Part shown: one piece after another, positions 33,930 to 46,058 of the stretch
Layout of the letters: every line of letters starts with the position of its first letter
How positions within the stretch are numbered: position 1 is the first letter of the stretch
From: Vicugna vicugna
Taxonomy: Eukaryota
Length of the DNA stretch: 52,678 nucleotides
Reading direction: 5' to 3'
Assembly (NCBI GenBank): GCA_013265495.1
Contig: MU058717.1
Coordinates: 124,001-176,678 of the forward strand
Made by a program: the position numbers and the translations under genes
Notes under the pieces: generated by a model
Database searches by the model: none
Told to the model about the DNA's origin: nothing
What the model saw: only the letters and a program-made list of their open reading frames with translations

Positions 33930-34690
33930 GGAAAGGGAAAATCACAATAAGAAAAGCAAATATATAGAAGAGTTGAAGATCATTTAAATAAGTGAGTACA
34001 TAGATTAAAAGACAATAAAAATTGTAAAAGGGATCGTAACACAATAAGCAGTAAAAGGGTCAGCATGAAGATGTCAACTAGGACAGCAAAATCACAAAAT
34101 GTAGGGGATGGGAGTACAAAAACGTAGATCTTTTAGAATGTGTCTGAACTTGAATGATGTTCAGTTTAAAGCAAGTAGGTGTAGTTATGGGCCAACTTAC
34201 TTGAACTCCTTGGTTACCACAAATCAAAAACATACAATAGAGTCATAAAAACTAAAAAGAAAGGAACTCAAGCGTACTAAAAGAAAATTATCAAACCACA
34301 AAAGGAAACACAAAAAGAAGAAATGAACAAAGAAGAACTATAAAAGCACTGAAAAACAAGGATTAAAATGACAGAGCCTATCAAAATACACAAGAAATTT
34401 TTCACATATCTAGAACAAATAATCCTAAAATTTATATGGAACCACAAAAAGACTGAGAATTGTTAAAGTAATCCTGAGCAGGGGTGGAGGAAAAAAAGCT
34501 TGAGGCATAACCCGTCCAGACTTCGGACTATACTATAAAGCTGTAGTAATCAAAACAGTGTGGTATTGGCCCATAAACAGACTTATAGATCAATGGAACA
34601 GAATAGAAAACCCAGAAATAAACCCACACACTCCTAGTCAATCTACAACAAAGGAGGCAAGAATATGCAATGAAGATAGTCTCTTCAAGC
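33930..34690 (+). mobile_element. Degenerate L1 fragments
   Basis: 'tttttcacatatctagaacaaataatcctaaaatttatatggaaccacaaaa...atactataaagctgtagtaatcaaaacagtgtggtattggc' is L1 ORF2. Confidence 0.85.
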
Positions 34691-37600
34691 AAGGGTTAGA
34701 AAAAGTCTTAGTGGCCAAATGAGGAAATCTCACCTAGTAATATTATTAGGGGCCTGAACAAAATTCTGCTCTCTTTCCTCTAGAATAAATTTCTTAAAGA
34801 CCTACCAATTAGATCCTTAGAGTGGAGAACATCCAAGGTAACCCCAAAGTAGAGGAGCTCGGTAGTTGACCATAAACCTAACAACTGGATTAACTTTAGC
34901 TCTACATAAGATTGTGAGATACAGTTATTTCCCAAGCAAAGGCATGAGCAATTATCAAAGTAATTGGTACAACAGGCCTGGGCTGGTGTCCTGGGTCAAC
35001 TGTCTGCCTCAGATGTCATCTTCTTCTCATCCTGGTCTGGTAACTTTTTCTCTGTCTGAGCACTGCTTTAAGGCGAGTGGTCCAGTGCAGGCGCTCTTTC
35101 TGACTGGAAATTAATCCAAAAGTCAATTTCCTTCAGCTTTTGCTGTGCTTGGTCTACTTAAGAGTACCTGATAAAGAGTCCTTCTGTCCAGGTTGAAAAT
35201 AGGTCTTTAAATCATGTCTGTTCCAGTACATGTAATCCCCTGGTTGCAGGTCATGGGGCATCTGATCTTCATCCAAGGATAGATTACTGAGCTTCAGAAA
35301 CAAACCTGGAGTGTCTTTTTAATAATTCAATTGAACTTTGCAACAATATAACACAACAGCAAAGAATGATCTGGGAAGTGAGTCTTGGTAAATATAGACT
35401 TCAATTAGCAAAACTAGAATTTAATATCCACTGAAATACGATCTTTTTCTCTCTAAGGTTACCCTCATTTTTATCAAATATAGCCAAATCAAGATTAATT
35501 GATCATATGGGCTCTTTTAAATTAGCTGTGTTGGAATTCCTCAGAAAGAGTCTCAAACAATTTCCAAAAGGCCTCTAAAGGCCAGGAAAGCCACATCAAG
35601 GACCTGTCACAGATTTTGTCTTATAGATTTAGGTAAATTCCTCCCCTTTTGAGGTCCCCCCAGATACTTTTGAAATGTCTGCTCTTGTTAGGAGGTGACC
35701 TTCCTAAAGTTTATCTAGTAAAGCTGTTGGGAAGATTTTCCAATCCCTGGAGGGATCAGGTAGATAGAAAAAGATAAATGCTTTAATTCTACTTACAAAT
35801 GTATAGTTTATGGAAGTCATAATTAGGTTGAGGAGAAGAGCTTCTGGAGAACACAGTTTAGAAGCCAGTAATATTTCAACACAGGGTGGCATGGCCAGAT
35901 CTTATGTTTTCTTCAGGAGAATCTAGAAATTTAGATTTTTACATTAAATCTTCTGTTTCATAAAATATTGCTGATTGGTTCAGAATTTTTTTCAAAAAAC
36001 CTGGGTGTTGGTCAAACGAAACACTTTACATAAGCCAAATTTGATCCAGACCTATGATTTTGCATCCTCTTGAGATTTTGTGGTAAAAATTGTTGTGCTT
36101 TCCCCATGATGGCCCTAAGAAGTAGGGAGGTGGAATTAGAAATTAAATGTCTGTCCACAGTAGGCTAGTTAAAGAATTGATACCACCAGATAGGGGAGTA
36201 CTATACAGCTGTATCAAGAATGAGGTTCTGAGCACTGATTTGGAACAAGCTCCCAGACAAACATGAGAAAAGCAAGGACAGGTGTCTAATAAGCTGTTAA
36301 TTTTTGTGCAAACAATTAGATGGTTCCCTCGGAATAGAAACTGTGTTGTTGGGGCACAAGGTGGGAAGGGAAGGTCATGTTGCTGTTGTATTACATACTG
36401 CATATTTTAAAATAAAAAAGTAAAATAAAAGTAAAAATAAAAGCCAGTAATATTGCAGACAAAGCCAAAAATTATAACCATTATTCACCTGTTCACTTAC
36501 CACTTCACTGAGTCCTATGTAAGTAATCCTTTTTGCTAACAGCTTTATGAAGCCATCAGGTTTTCCATTAGAATTTTTTTTAAATTTCATGCCCAGTTCA
36601 ACATTATGGTCTGAAAGTTATCAGAAACCTGTATTTACCAAAGAAGTCTTTTCTATAAACCTTCTTGAAGAGGAGGCGTTTTGCAAAAGCATCAGAGTAA
36701 ACTGTCACTCTCTATGAATGGGAAAAGACTTCAGGCACAGTTAAAAACTTGATTACAATGCAATTGACAAGAAACTTGGGTACTGCTGAGACATACAACG
36801 TTTTAAGATAACTAGAATTATGACTAGTAGCATTTTACCAGGATATACCAGATTTTTAAGAGTTCTATATAATTTCTAGAATATCTATATTAACAACATT
36901 TTCTCATACAATATAACCGAAGAAGATTTATTATTCATTTGGCAATACTTCCCATATAATTTAACATACCAAAGGAAACTTACTAGTTTAAAGTCTCTCT
37001 TTGGGATGCTTCAGGGGCCCTCTGAAGCATCCCAAGATTAGCTGGAGGTCAAAAGAACTCTGATTAAAAGTTGATATTTGGAAGCTTGTGAAAAAGTTTC
37101 AAAACACATGGTCAGATAAAAGCATAGGTCACTGTGAAACAATAATTATTTCCAAGATAACAACGAAATATTTCAAGGGCAAATACAGAACAGATCACTT
37201 AAGGGGTAAAAGAAATTTTACGATCTGTTACTAAAGGCAGATTAGCGTTTAAAGAAAACTTTGTCTTCCTAACAGAGAGAAAACCAAATCTAGTCTTGTA
37301 CCAGCTTACTTCTAAGATTCATTTACTCAATTAAATTTATTTTAAATTTAGCCAATCCTGACCATATACAAAACTCATTTCTCAAGGTTTCTCTTCCACG
37401 AAACTTCCATAAGTTTCTGTATTATATTATTTTGTCCCTTATTTTCTTTTCCATTCAGAAGCAACCAGCTCTAGGACAAAAATCACTCTTTTTCCACTAA
37501 CAAAATGTAATCCCATTCTTCATACCTTCTTTTACTAAAAACACTCATCTTACTTTCCTAGCATACTGAGATGCTTCCCTTAATAAGAGAGACTATTTCA

Positions 37601-40200
37601 GGATGGCACCAAACATTTGTTAATATTTCTAAATACCTTTAGTTTCTCTGTGAGAGGAAGTCAATGTTCAGTAAGTAATGTTTCAATATCTCACTTTATC
37701 TCAAAACAACCCAGCTATTTAATAAACTTTCATCATTTAACTTAACTTAGCACAACTCTAAATTTTCAAGTTACCAAACATCCAGGAGATCATTTGAACA
37801 GACATTAGTGAAATAATTATTCCTAGAGCGTTTACCCAAAGGCTCTTTCTTATTTGCACTTAAGTTACTTATAAAAATATTATACCAAGCTATTTTACTT
37901 GCTGACAAATGTGTAGCAGATATGACAAGGTCGTATTGGACTTCTATTAAATCTAAGTACAATGAAAGTTTGATGCTTAACATTAATGAATCTAAAGACA
38001 TATCTATATTAATCAAACCAATAAGCTTAAGCTAGCTTCAAATACCAGGTATCGATTCAGTACTGAATATTTTCTAGATCACATGAACCCGATTTTCATT
38101 CTGGCCCATTTCTTTTGTATTCCTGAGTATTTATATAAGCGTTTACTTTTGTTTAAGCCAATTAGATAGAACTCTTTTACAAATTAATTTTGGCAATGCC
38201 ACATATCTGCGACACACATACAGGTACATACAAACACACAAACACAGAGACCTCATAGTTTCCATTGCAAAATTTTAGCCATGAGTCACATATAACAATG
38301 TAAGACTAATCAGTTACAAGAGGTTGGATTCAAACTGGGTTTCTGGCAGATGGAACAAACCACAGTTGCCTGTCTAGATAGCTAAACATTTTTACTGACT
38401 TCTATGGAAGGCATTTAAGATTTCTATTTGTCCTTGACAAGCCAAGTTCCAAATTACTTTCTCCCGTTCTCAAAATTTCCATTCCAGCAGTTGTAACAGC
38501 AGCTGAATTATTAGCACCCCCGTACTTCCCATTACGGGGGCAGAAGTTTCTGATAGTGTCCCCAATTTACAGTTCAGAACTGAGTATGCCACTCCAGCAT
38601 CCACTAGAAAGCCCACGAGTTGAGACCCCCACCTGACAACTGTCAGTTGTACCTGAGGCTCTTGGGTGGCAATTGTATGGGGGTCTTTAACAGGGCTAAG
38701 AGCCCAGGCCCTGCCAGTCATTGCCTTCCTCGTCTATGGTTCCTTGGGTGACCATTACGCTGGAGGGGGCTTGTTCTTCACTTTTTCTTTTTTCTTTTTT
38801 TTTTAAATTTTAGTTTTAGGCAGTCGTTTATCCAGTGCCCCTCCTCTTTGCGATCGACACCCTGGTTAACAGTCACAGTTGACTTCTTCTGATCTCCCCT
38901 TTGCCCTTTGGGCTTTTGTTTACTAAAGGCCCCCGGGGTGAGTTGCTATCATGACATTCACTGGCTTTCAGTTTCTCTCTTCCCCGGACATCATAAACCT
39001 CAAAGGCCATTTCCAGCAATTGGCTACTGCTCCTTCAATATCGTTTAATTTATGCCTTATAGCATCTGAGCTTTGGCTTATGAAACTCATACTTACCACA
39101 CGTACATTTTCAGGATCATCAGGGTTAAGGGTGGTGTACTTTCTATAAGCCTGCTGGCTCTGTCCCAGAGCAGTGGGTGGGTTTCTGCTGGTTCTTGTTT
39201 TAGGGCTCGTACTTTGTCAGGCTAGGCTGTATTGGAGAGGCATTTCTGAGGCCAGCTGGGACACGTTGTCTGTAATGATTTAGCATCATCAGACCTTTGG
39301 TGGTACTGGGGTCCCAGTTTGGCTCAGCAGCCCGAACGACTAAGTCTACCGTGGGCATTTGTGGATTCTGTTAATTTAGACATTGGGCCTCCTTCTAAGT
39401 GGCCTTGAAAACCAATCTTTTTCTTAGTCATAGGTGGATAACTATAATTAAGTCATTCAAGATCTTACCCAATGGGTTATTGTATGCAATAGACGTGGCA
39501 CCCCCCCATAGTAACTTATTTCAAATACAAAAAAATACAAATACAGATTTCAGATTATAATATCAAGCCTTTGTTGGTAAATGGAAGCACAAACTTACAA
39601 ATGACAGGCTAAGACAAATTCAAATTCCAAACTTAGAAATAATTCAAATTTTACTTTCACTTCCAAGTTCTCTTAGCCCGAGATGTCCATTCCAGGTGGG
39701 CATCGTTGTTCAGGCTCAGCCGGGAGTTCTCCATCTGTCTAATTAGAGAACTCCCAACGGTAGATCAAGGGGCCTCGGGCCTCACTGGAAACTTAACCTA
39801 GACCTGCCAATCAGATGCGATGCCTCAGAAGAAACAGAGCCGTCCTTTCTTCCTCCAAGAGGGCAGTTCCTGTGACTGCGGTCCCTTGAAAGATGGAAGG
39901 GCAAGGGATGAAAGGATCCCCAGAGCTGCTGGGCTCCATTCTCCATTGCTTCTCCCGTCAGCACGGAGGGGCAGTCATTCGAACCTTGTTGGCCCGGCAA
40001 CGTGTTGGAGCCTGAAGCCCCTCTTAGAAACGAGGGCGGTCTTGCACCTCACATGGGACTCTCAGCGCGAGAGAGGTTTCCATCGAGAGAAGGGAGTTTG
40101 AATGGGTCCAAAGTCCAAATGGACAAAGCCCTATTGTATGGTAACAACCCTGCTTGTTCCTGGGAATTCCTCAAATCTTCAGCGTTGACTTGATTACAGT
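34690..40200 (-). mobile_element. Degenerate ERV1 (gammaretrovirus-like) internal region with gag and protease remnants
   Basis: Minus strand: capsid-like AYRKYTTLNPDDPENVRVVSMSFISQSSDAIRHKL (about 39050-39155), zinc-knuckle remnant ending GHWINDC (about 38820-38850), protease-like FLVDAGVAYSVL (38470-38721). Followed by about 3.5 kb of AT-rich internal sequence. Outer bounds are approximate. Confidence 0.8.
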
Positions 40201-40769
40201 CACCTTAGAGTGGCCATATCTACAGCTGAATAATATCACCTCCTATGATAAGCCTTTCTTTCTTCCTTTTCTATTTCCCTTCCTCCCTTTCTTCCTGAGA
40301 AATATGATCTTACATTCTTGAAGTCACGTTCAGAATGTTTGATGCGTTATCTATGCTAACCTCAGATAAATTTGTGTGTGTGTGTGAAAACATTGAAATG
40401 CCTGGGAGCACACGACTTGCTTTGGCAAGGCCTTTCTTCTAATTTTGTGTTGTGTTTCCTCTAGCAAGCCACTTTGCCTTAGTTGAACTTCAGTTTCTTC
40501 ATCTGTAAAAAGGGAATAATAATTCCTAACCCATTAGATTGTTAAATAATAACAAATTATCTTTTACTGAACACTTACTATGAGCCCACCCCAGGGGTCA
40601 CAATTTTAAATGTCCGCCAGGCCAGGCAAGTAAGGTGGATGGAAGGAACTGGAGTGGGGGTGGGGGAAGGGGAGACAGTAGGGAATGGGGTCGCGGGAGG
40701 AGGAGGGATGTTGGAAACTGGAGAGAACGCTCCCCTCATAATAGGAGATCAGCTCTACTCAGCTTAATT

Positions 40770-40940
40770 CCTGGGTTTCAAAGTGTGGTCCCTTGAGCAG
40801 CGCCAACAGCATCAAGGGAAACCTGTTAGATGCAGATAGTCAGGTCCCATCCCAGTCCTACGTTATCAAATCTCTGCGGTAGAGATCAGGCCCTTGAAGT
40901 GATACTGATACTGGCTGAAGTCTGAGACCCACTGCTCTGT
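40770..40940 (+). mobile_element. MER5A-like hAT relic
   Basis: 'tttcaaagtgtggtccc...agcatca...tgttagatgcagat..tcaggtcccatccca...aagtctgagacccactg'. Confidence 0.65.
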
Positions 40941-41169
40941 TGGGTCTTAGTTGGCGGTCGCCACGAAATTTTGCAATGCTGTGTTCCCAGATTTTTTTTT
41001 TTCCAGAAAGATACTAGAATTTTAGTTTTATGTGAAATCGCCTAATCTTAAGTCTTGGCAACTCTTTCACACTTTTAAAATGTACTATGTGGGCTAACAT
41101 CACAATCTCTAGGCGGATTTCTACCCTCTGGTTTATGCTTTTCCCTTTAATCTTTGAAGTAAGCTTACA

Positions 41170-41655
41170 AAACAGTTACCATTTTGAACAAAAAATACCT
41201 CAAACCCTATCGGTAAACAATGCTGAAGCCATCAAGTCATCAGCCCCAGCCCCCACTGTGAGCTCAGCATAGACAAGCCAGCAGCCTGGCCTCTGCAGCC
41301 ACCCCGAGTGTGCACTCTGAGGGGACTCAGGATAAGAAAGGACATGACACTGGCCCTAGATAGCTAGGTGCTTCTCAAAGGTAATTTCACTGAGCCCAGA
41401 CATTTGCTCCCTCCCATACATAGAAAAGCACTAAATTCCTTAACTTGAGCTGTCTGGTTTTCTTTAACAGTAATCTTAATGTTCCGACTACCTGGCTTTT
41501 GCTGTAAAACTCCTGTATATCCTGGCTCCTCCCCTACCTCTTCAGAGCAGTCCCTCAGAGCCATCTGGGCTCGAAGGGGTTCGAGTCCTCAGAAATGTAC
41601 ACTGAATAAAACATCACTCTTAGCTTTCAGGCTGTGCATTCATTTCAATCGACAT
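41170..41655 (+). mobile_element. Solo LTR-like element
   Basis: Contains a TATA-like tgtatat, AATAAA at about 41605 and ends 'tttcaatcgaca'. Confidence 0.55.
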
Positions 41656-44089
41656 CCTGATACTCCTATTAAGGAAGAAGATGCAGGTCCAAAAAGTGAG
41701 GTGCGGCTGCAGGTCACACAGATGCAGCCAATTGGAAGAATTCGCTTCCAGGGTTGGAAATAGCCAATCACTGATTTGAATCTGAATGTATTTGGTTTTA
41801 AAGCCTCTGCCCTTTTTATTTTTTGAAGCGAAGATACATGAATACACCTAGCACAGAGCCGAGCATCACAAAAACCTAAACGACTTCTGCTTGCCCCAGG
41901 CCATTGACCTGTTAAACTTCCCTCTCCAGCCTTCTGCCCCATCCAGCTTCTGGAGTCAGACTAATCCACATTCCTGTAAGATAAAGTCAGCCTGCAGGGG
42001 GCTCCAAGAGGGCTGGGGAGGGGTGAGGCCAAAGGTGAGCCAGGGAAGTTTCCTGACCTGGCTTGACCAGAAAAGAGCTGCGGGTAGCAGTGCCTGAGGC
42101 TGCATGTCCAGTAGCCAGCTGGGTCCCCACGCTAAAACCGGCTGCTCCTTGAAGTGTCCTCTGCGTGCCATAGACCTTGAGTTCCAGGAGCCCGCCCTGT
42201 GCTGGGCCCCCACCTGGCTCCTGCCTATTGCTGTTGACTTATCTTTGTGCTCAGATAAAACAGCTCTGTCCCCTCCTGACGAGGAGTCTCCAGTCCCCAT
42301 GCTGGACGTGGGAAGTGAGGAGGGATAGGCATTCCTGGCCTCTTTGACCTGGATCCATCTGTCAGGAGAGTGGCTTTATGTATTTGTGTAATCAGGTCTA
42401 CTCAACTGTCATCACAAAGGTCACTGCCTCTGATCACCTTAGCCTCCAGCAGCAAAGACCTCCTGTGGCTTACAAACCTCAGATTGTTGGAGCAGGAAGG
42501 GTGCTTGAAGGCACTTTCTGCTGGGTAACTGTGTTTTGGCTTTACCAGCCGGGATGTTAAACCTGCTGTATCATGATAGTCTCCATATCAGCAGGAGACT
42601 CCATTTTCCAAGTACTCCCAGCCATTGAGCTGCCCCCCGTTCTGTGCCAGGGCTGGGGTTCCTGTGTGGGTCAGTGTGGATCTGGTCCTGAAGGAGGACA
42701 CAGTGATCCCACGGCAGGAACCTGCCATTCATCTTCTCACTGAACTCCTACATTATCCTCATCTTTGTAGATGACAACTGGCAATTCAGAATAAGAAAAG
42801 TTGTGGGCCACAGCGGGACACGGTGATGTGGGTTCGGTAAAATAATTTACCAGATAAAGTATGGGACTAGAAAGGAGTTTATGAGGCACACTGCTGCAGG
42901 CAACAGCAGGCCACACTGGCGAGGGGTGCCTGCATGAGCACCAAGGGCTGGTTGTTGGGGTCTTTGATAAGGTCAGATCACAAGGGGCCTGATCGGCTTG
43001 TGTACAAGTCTCTGGTTGGCTGCAGTTGAGGTAAGAGGTTTACGGTCTGTGAAGCGTGGTGGGGTTTGACTCTGATAAGGCAGGCATTACCTGTGGCTAT
43101 TAGTTTGTTAGGGGAAACATGCTCGATAAAGAATATACTTTATCTGAAAGCCCAGAAATGGGAGTTGTTGAATTTCCAATGATGTCAGTTGGCCCAACAG
43201 GAGTGATCATTCAAGGTCCCTCAGCTGAGAGGTGGTGGAGGTGGGAGTCAACCCAGACCTTGTCACCCCAAGGCCAGTGCCGGAAGACTCCCTTAATTAC
43301 TGTCTCTGCATCAACTATGTGCTCTACCTGTGTCATGAAGAAGGCACCCAGGAGAAATTTAGGATGGAGTGGAAAAAAACCAGGGCTTGGAGGGATGGAG
43401 ACCTGGGATCAAACCTTGTCTCTGCAGCTTCTCATGGGACCTTGGGTGGGAGGGTCTTAACCTCTGCACATTCACTCATTGTCATACACAGCTGGTGGCA
43501 ATATCTCTCTGTTCATCAGCATCTGGGAAGATCCATGACTCCACGAGACATTGAACACAGAGCCTGCACAAGGTCAGCCCCGGGAGAGTGTTGGTGTGGA
43601 AAGGAGAAACACACATCCAATGGGTAGAGACTGTAAATAGTTCTTTCACTTCCATGAGCCTCTTTCTTGTGTCAAATTGGGTGCATTTAGTAATAACAAC
43701 TGGTTTTCTGTAGGTCTTTGTATGTGCTCCATATCACTACACCACAGCTCCAGCATTAACCCCAGAGAGGGCTCTGCGCTCAGATCTGGCTGATCCCAAA
43801 TCCAACCATCTAATGGGCAGGCTCCTCCCTGTGGGTCCTGCTCTTCCCCACTCCTTTACGGGCAGTGGGCTTTATAGGGAGACCCCTGAGACTTGGAATA
43901 GGAAACCCAGGACAGGTGGAGCCAGGAGCACCAGGCTAAGTTGGGCAGAGGCTCAACCTGTCAGGGGACACAGAAGTGGAGACTCCTGGGGTGGAAATGG
44001 GGAGACCCGTGAAGGCTAAAATTTAGGGATCCCTGGTGCCTAAAAGTGATGACCCTTGAAGTTTAGGATGTGGGGCTGTTGCCAAAAAA

Positions 44090-45390
44090 GAAAAAAAAAA
44101 AAAAACAGCCTCTGTACCCTGGTAGCTGAATGAGACTCAGAGGCAGAATTTTGGAAGAATTAGAAAATAGCTTAGTGGGGGAGGGTACAGTTCCGATGGT
44201 AAAGCGCATGCCCAGCCTGCACAAGGCCCTGGGTTTAATCCTCAGTATCTTTGTAAAAAATAAATAAACAAATAAACCTAATTACCTCCAACCCCCTTCC
44301 CCCCCACAAAAAGAATAGAACTTTAAAGAAAAGAATTGCTTTATTGCTTTGCCAGGCAAAGGGGAGTCACAGCAGGCTAGTGACTTAGAGACTGTGAATC
44401 CATTTTGGGGTTGGGGTCCTGAGGTTTTATAGAAAAACTGGACAGAACAGGAAGGCGACAGCAACGAGGGCATTTTCCGGGGTGCTGTATTCTTCTTGAT
44501 TTTGATGAATCCATCTGGCATCACGGAGAAACCCCAGAGAGTCTGTTCATTATTCTGAGACTATTAGCCCATGACCAACTTCCTGGAACATAGCTTCTGG
44601 GTTAAAAGATAAGCTATTCTGGGTAAAGAACATATAGGCAGTGGAGAGTGTAATGGAAATGATACAGGAAAAAATGGGGCACGAGAGGATGGCTGTGTTC
44701 TTGTCTCATTTGATTCCCTGGGACATGCCCTGCCAGATAAGGGTCCTTGGCTTCGCACAGGAAAGAGTTCAAGAATGAGCCATAGTAGAGTGAAGGCAGA
44801 TTTATTCAGAGAGAGACACACTCCACAGACAGAGTGCAGGCCATCTCTGAAGGCAAGAGAACAGACCTAGGAGACACACATTCCATAGGCAGAATTTGGG
44901 CCATCTTACTCAGAAGGGAGAGCGGTGGCCTCAGAGAATGGGGTCTGCTAGGAAAAATGAGATTGGCCACAAGGTGTGGGGGTTGTCAGTTTTTACGGGC
45001 TCAGTAACTCCATATGCTAACAAATGGAAGGATTATTCCAACTACTTTGGGGAAGTGATTGGGATTCCCAGGAACTGGGCCATCAACCACTTTTCGGACC
45101 TTTTACCATCAGCCTTGAAACTGTCATGGTGCCTATGGGAGGACCAATTAACATGCTATTGTATTACAATGAGCATATAGTGACGCTCAAGGTCTACTGG
45201 AAATTGAATCATGCACCATCTTGGTGCTAATTGTTGTGTCGTTCATTTTTCTTTCTCTTTCTTTCTTTCTTTTTTTTTTTTTGAGTTATAGTCAGTTTAC
45301 AATGCTGTGTCAATTTCTGGTGCACAGTACAGTTTTTGTTGTGTCATTCTTTTAATGGCTGTGCCCTGCTCCCTTCCCTCCCGTCTTAGA
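44090..45390 (-). mobile_element. Nested LTR fragments inside WFDC2 pseudo-intron 1
   Basis: Interrupts homology to 22630-23140; LTR-type segments such as 'gctttattgctttgccaggcaaagggg' and 'gggtccttggcttcgcacaggaaagagttcaag'. Confidence 0.55.
44177..44315 (+). mobile_element. tRNA-derived SINE, camelid Vic-1 type
   Basis: GGGGGAGGGTACAGTTCCGATGGTAAAGCGCATG...CCTGGGTTTAATCC...AAATAAACCTAATTACCTCC; same family as 16711. Confidence 0.8.
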
Positions 45391-45909
45391 AATGTTGGGG
45401 GCTGTTTAACACAAAAGCAGTAAGCAAGTGAAGCAGAGATGGGAGTTTGTCACAGAAAAGGGAAAAAACAAGTTGCAAAAATCTTAGGTCAGAATGAATC
45501 AGCTAACAGCTTTAGCATCAGGGAAGCCATTTTGTTAATTTCCTACTCTTTCAGGGTCTCATGTACTGGAAGTGGGTAGACCATTGAAGATTGGAATTTG
45601 GGGAGATGCTCTGTGCTGAAGGTGGAAACACAGTGGCAGGAGTTGGGGACACTGCCAGACATCAGAAGCTCAGCTGTGTGGGTTCCCCTAAGGACTGAGG
45701 TCTCTAAAGCCAAGGGTTAGGTAACTCCAGCCCTACAAGGTATCAGGGACCCCTAGCTTAGAGGTGAGGCTCTCTCAAGGCTGTAGGGAGCACCCAGGGC
45801 TAGAGACTGAGATTTCCTGGGAGTCTGAGATTTGGGGCCCTTAAGACAGAGAGGTGGGGTTCCTCTGGGAGCAGGACTGGATTTCCCCCACTGGCGGTCC
45901 ACCTCCCAG

Positions 45910-46058
45910 GCGCAGGCGCAGGCGCAGAGAAAACAGGCGTGTGCCCCGCGCTAGAGGCGGACGTGAACTGTTCGAAGAAGAGCCTGACAGATGCGGGATG
46001 CGCCGACAACCTCAAGTGCTGCCGGCCAGCTGCTCTCCCGTCTGCCAGATGCCCAGCG
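45910..46058 (+). pseudogene. WFDC2: WFDC2 exon 2 pseudo-exon (first WAP domain)
   Basis: cccag|...[33 protein letters not shown] then a -1 frameshift to [10 protein letters not shown]|gtaacc. Versus WFDC2 [33 protein letters not shown], one Cys is lost. 149 bp. Confidence 0.85.
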
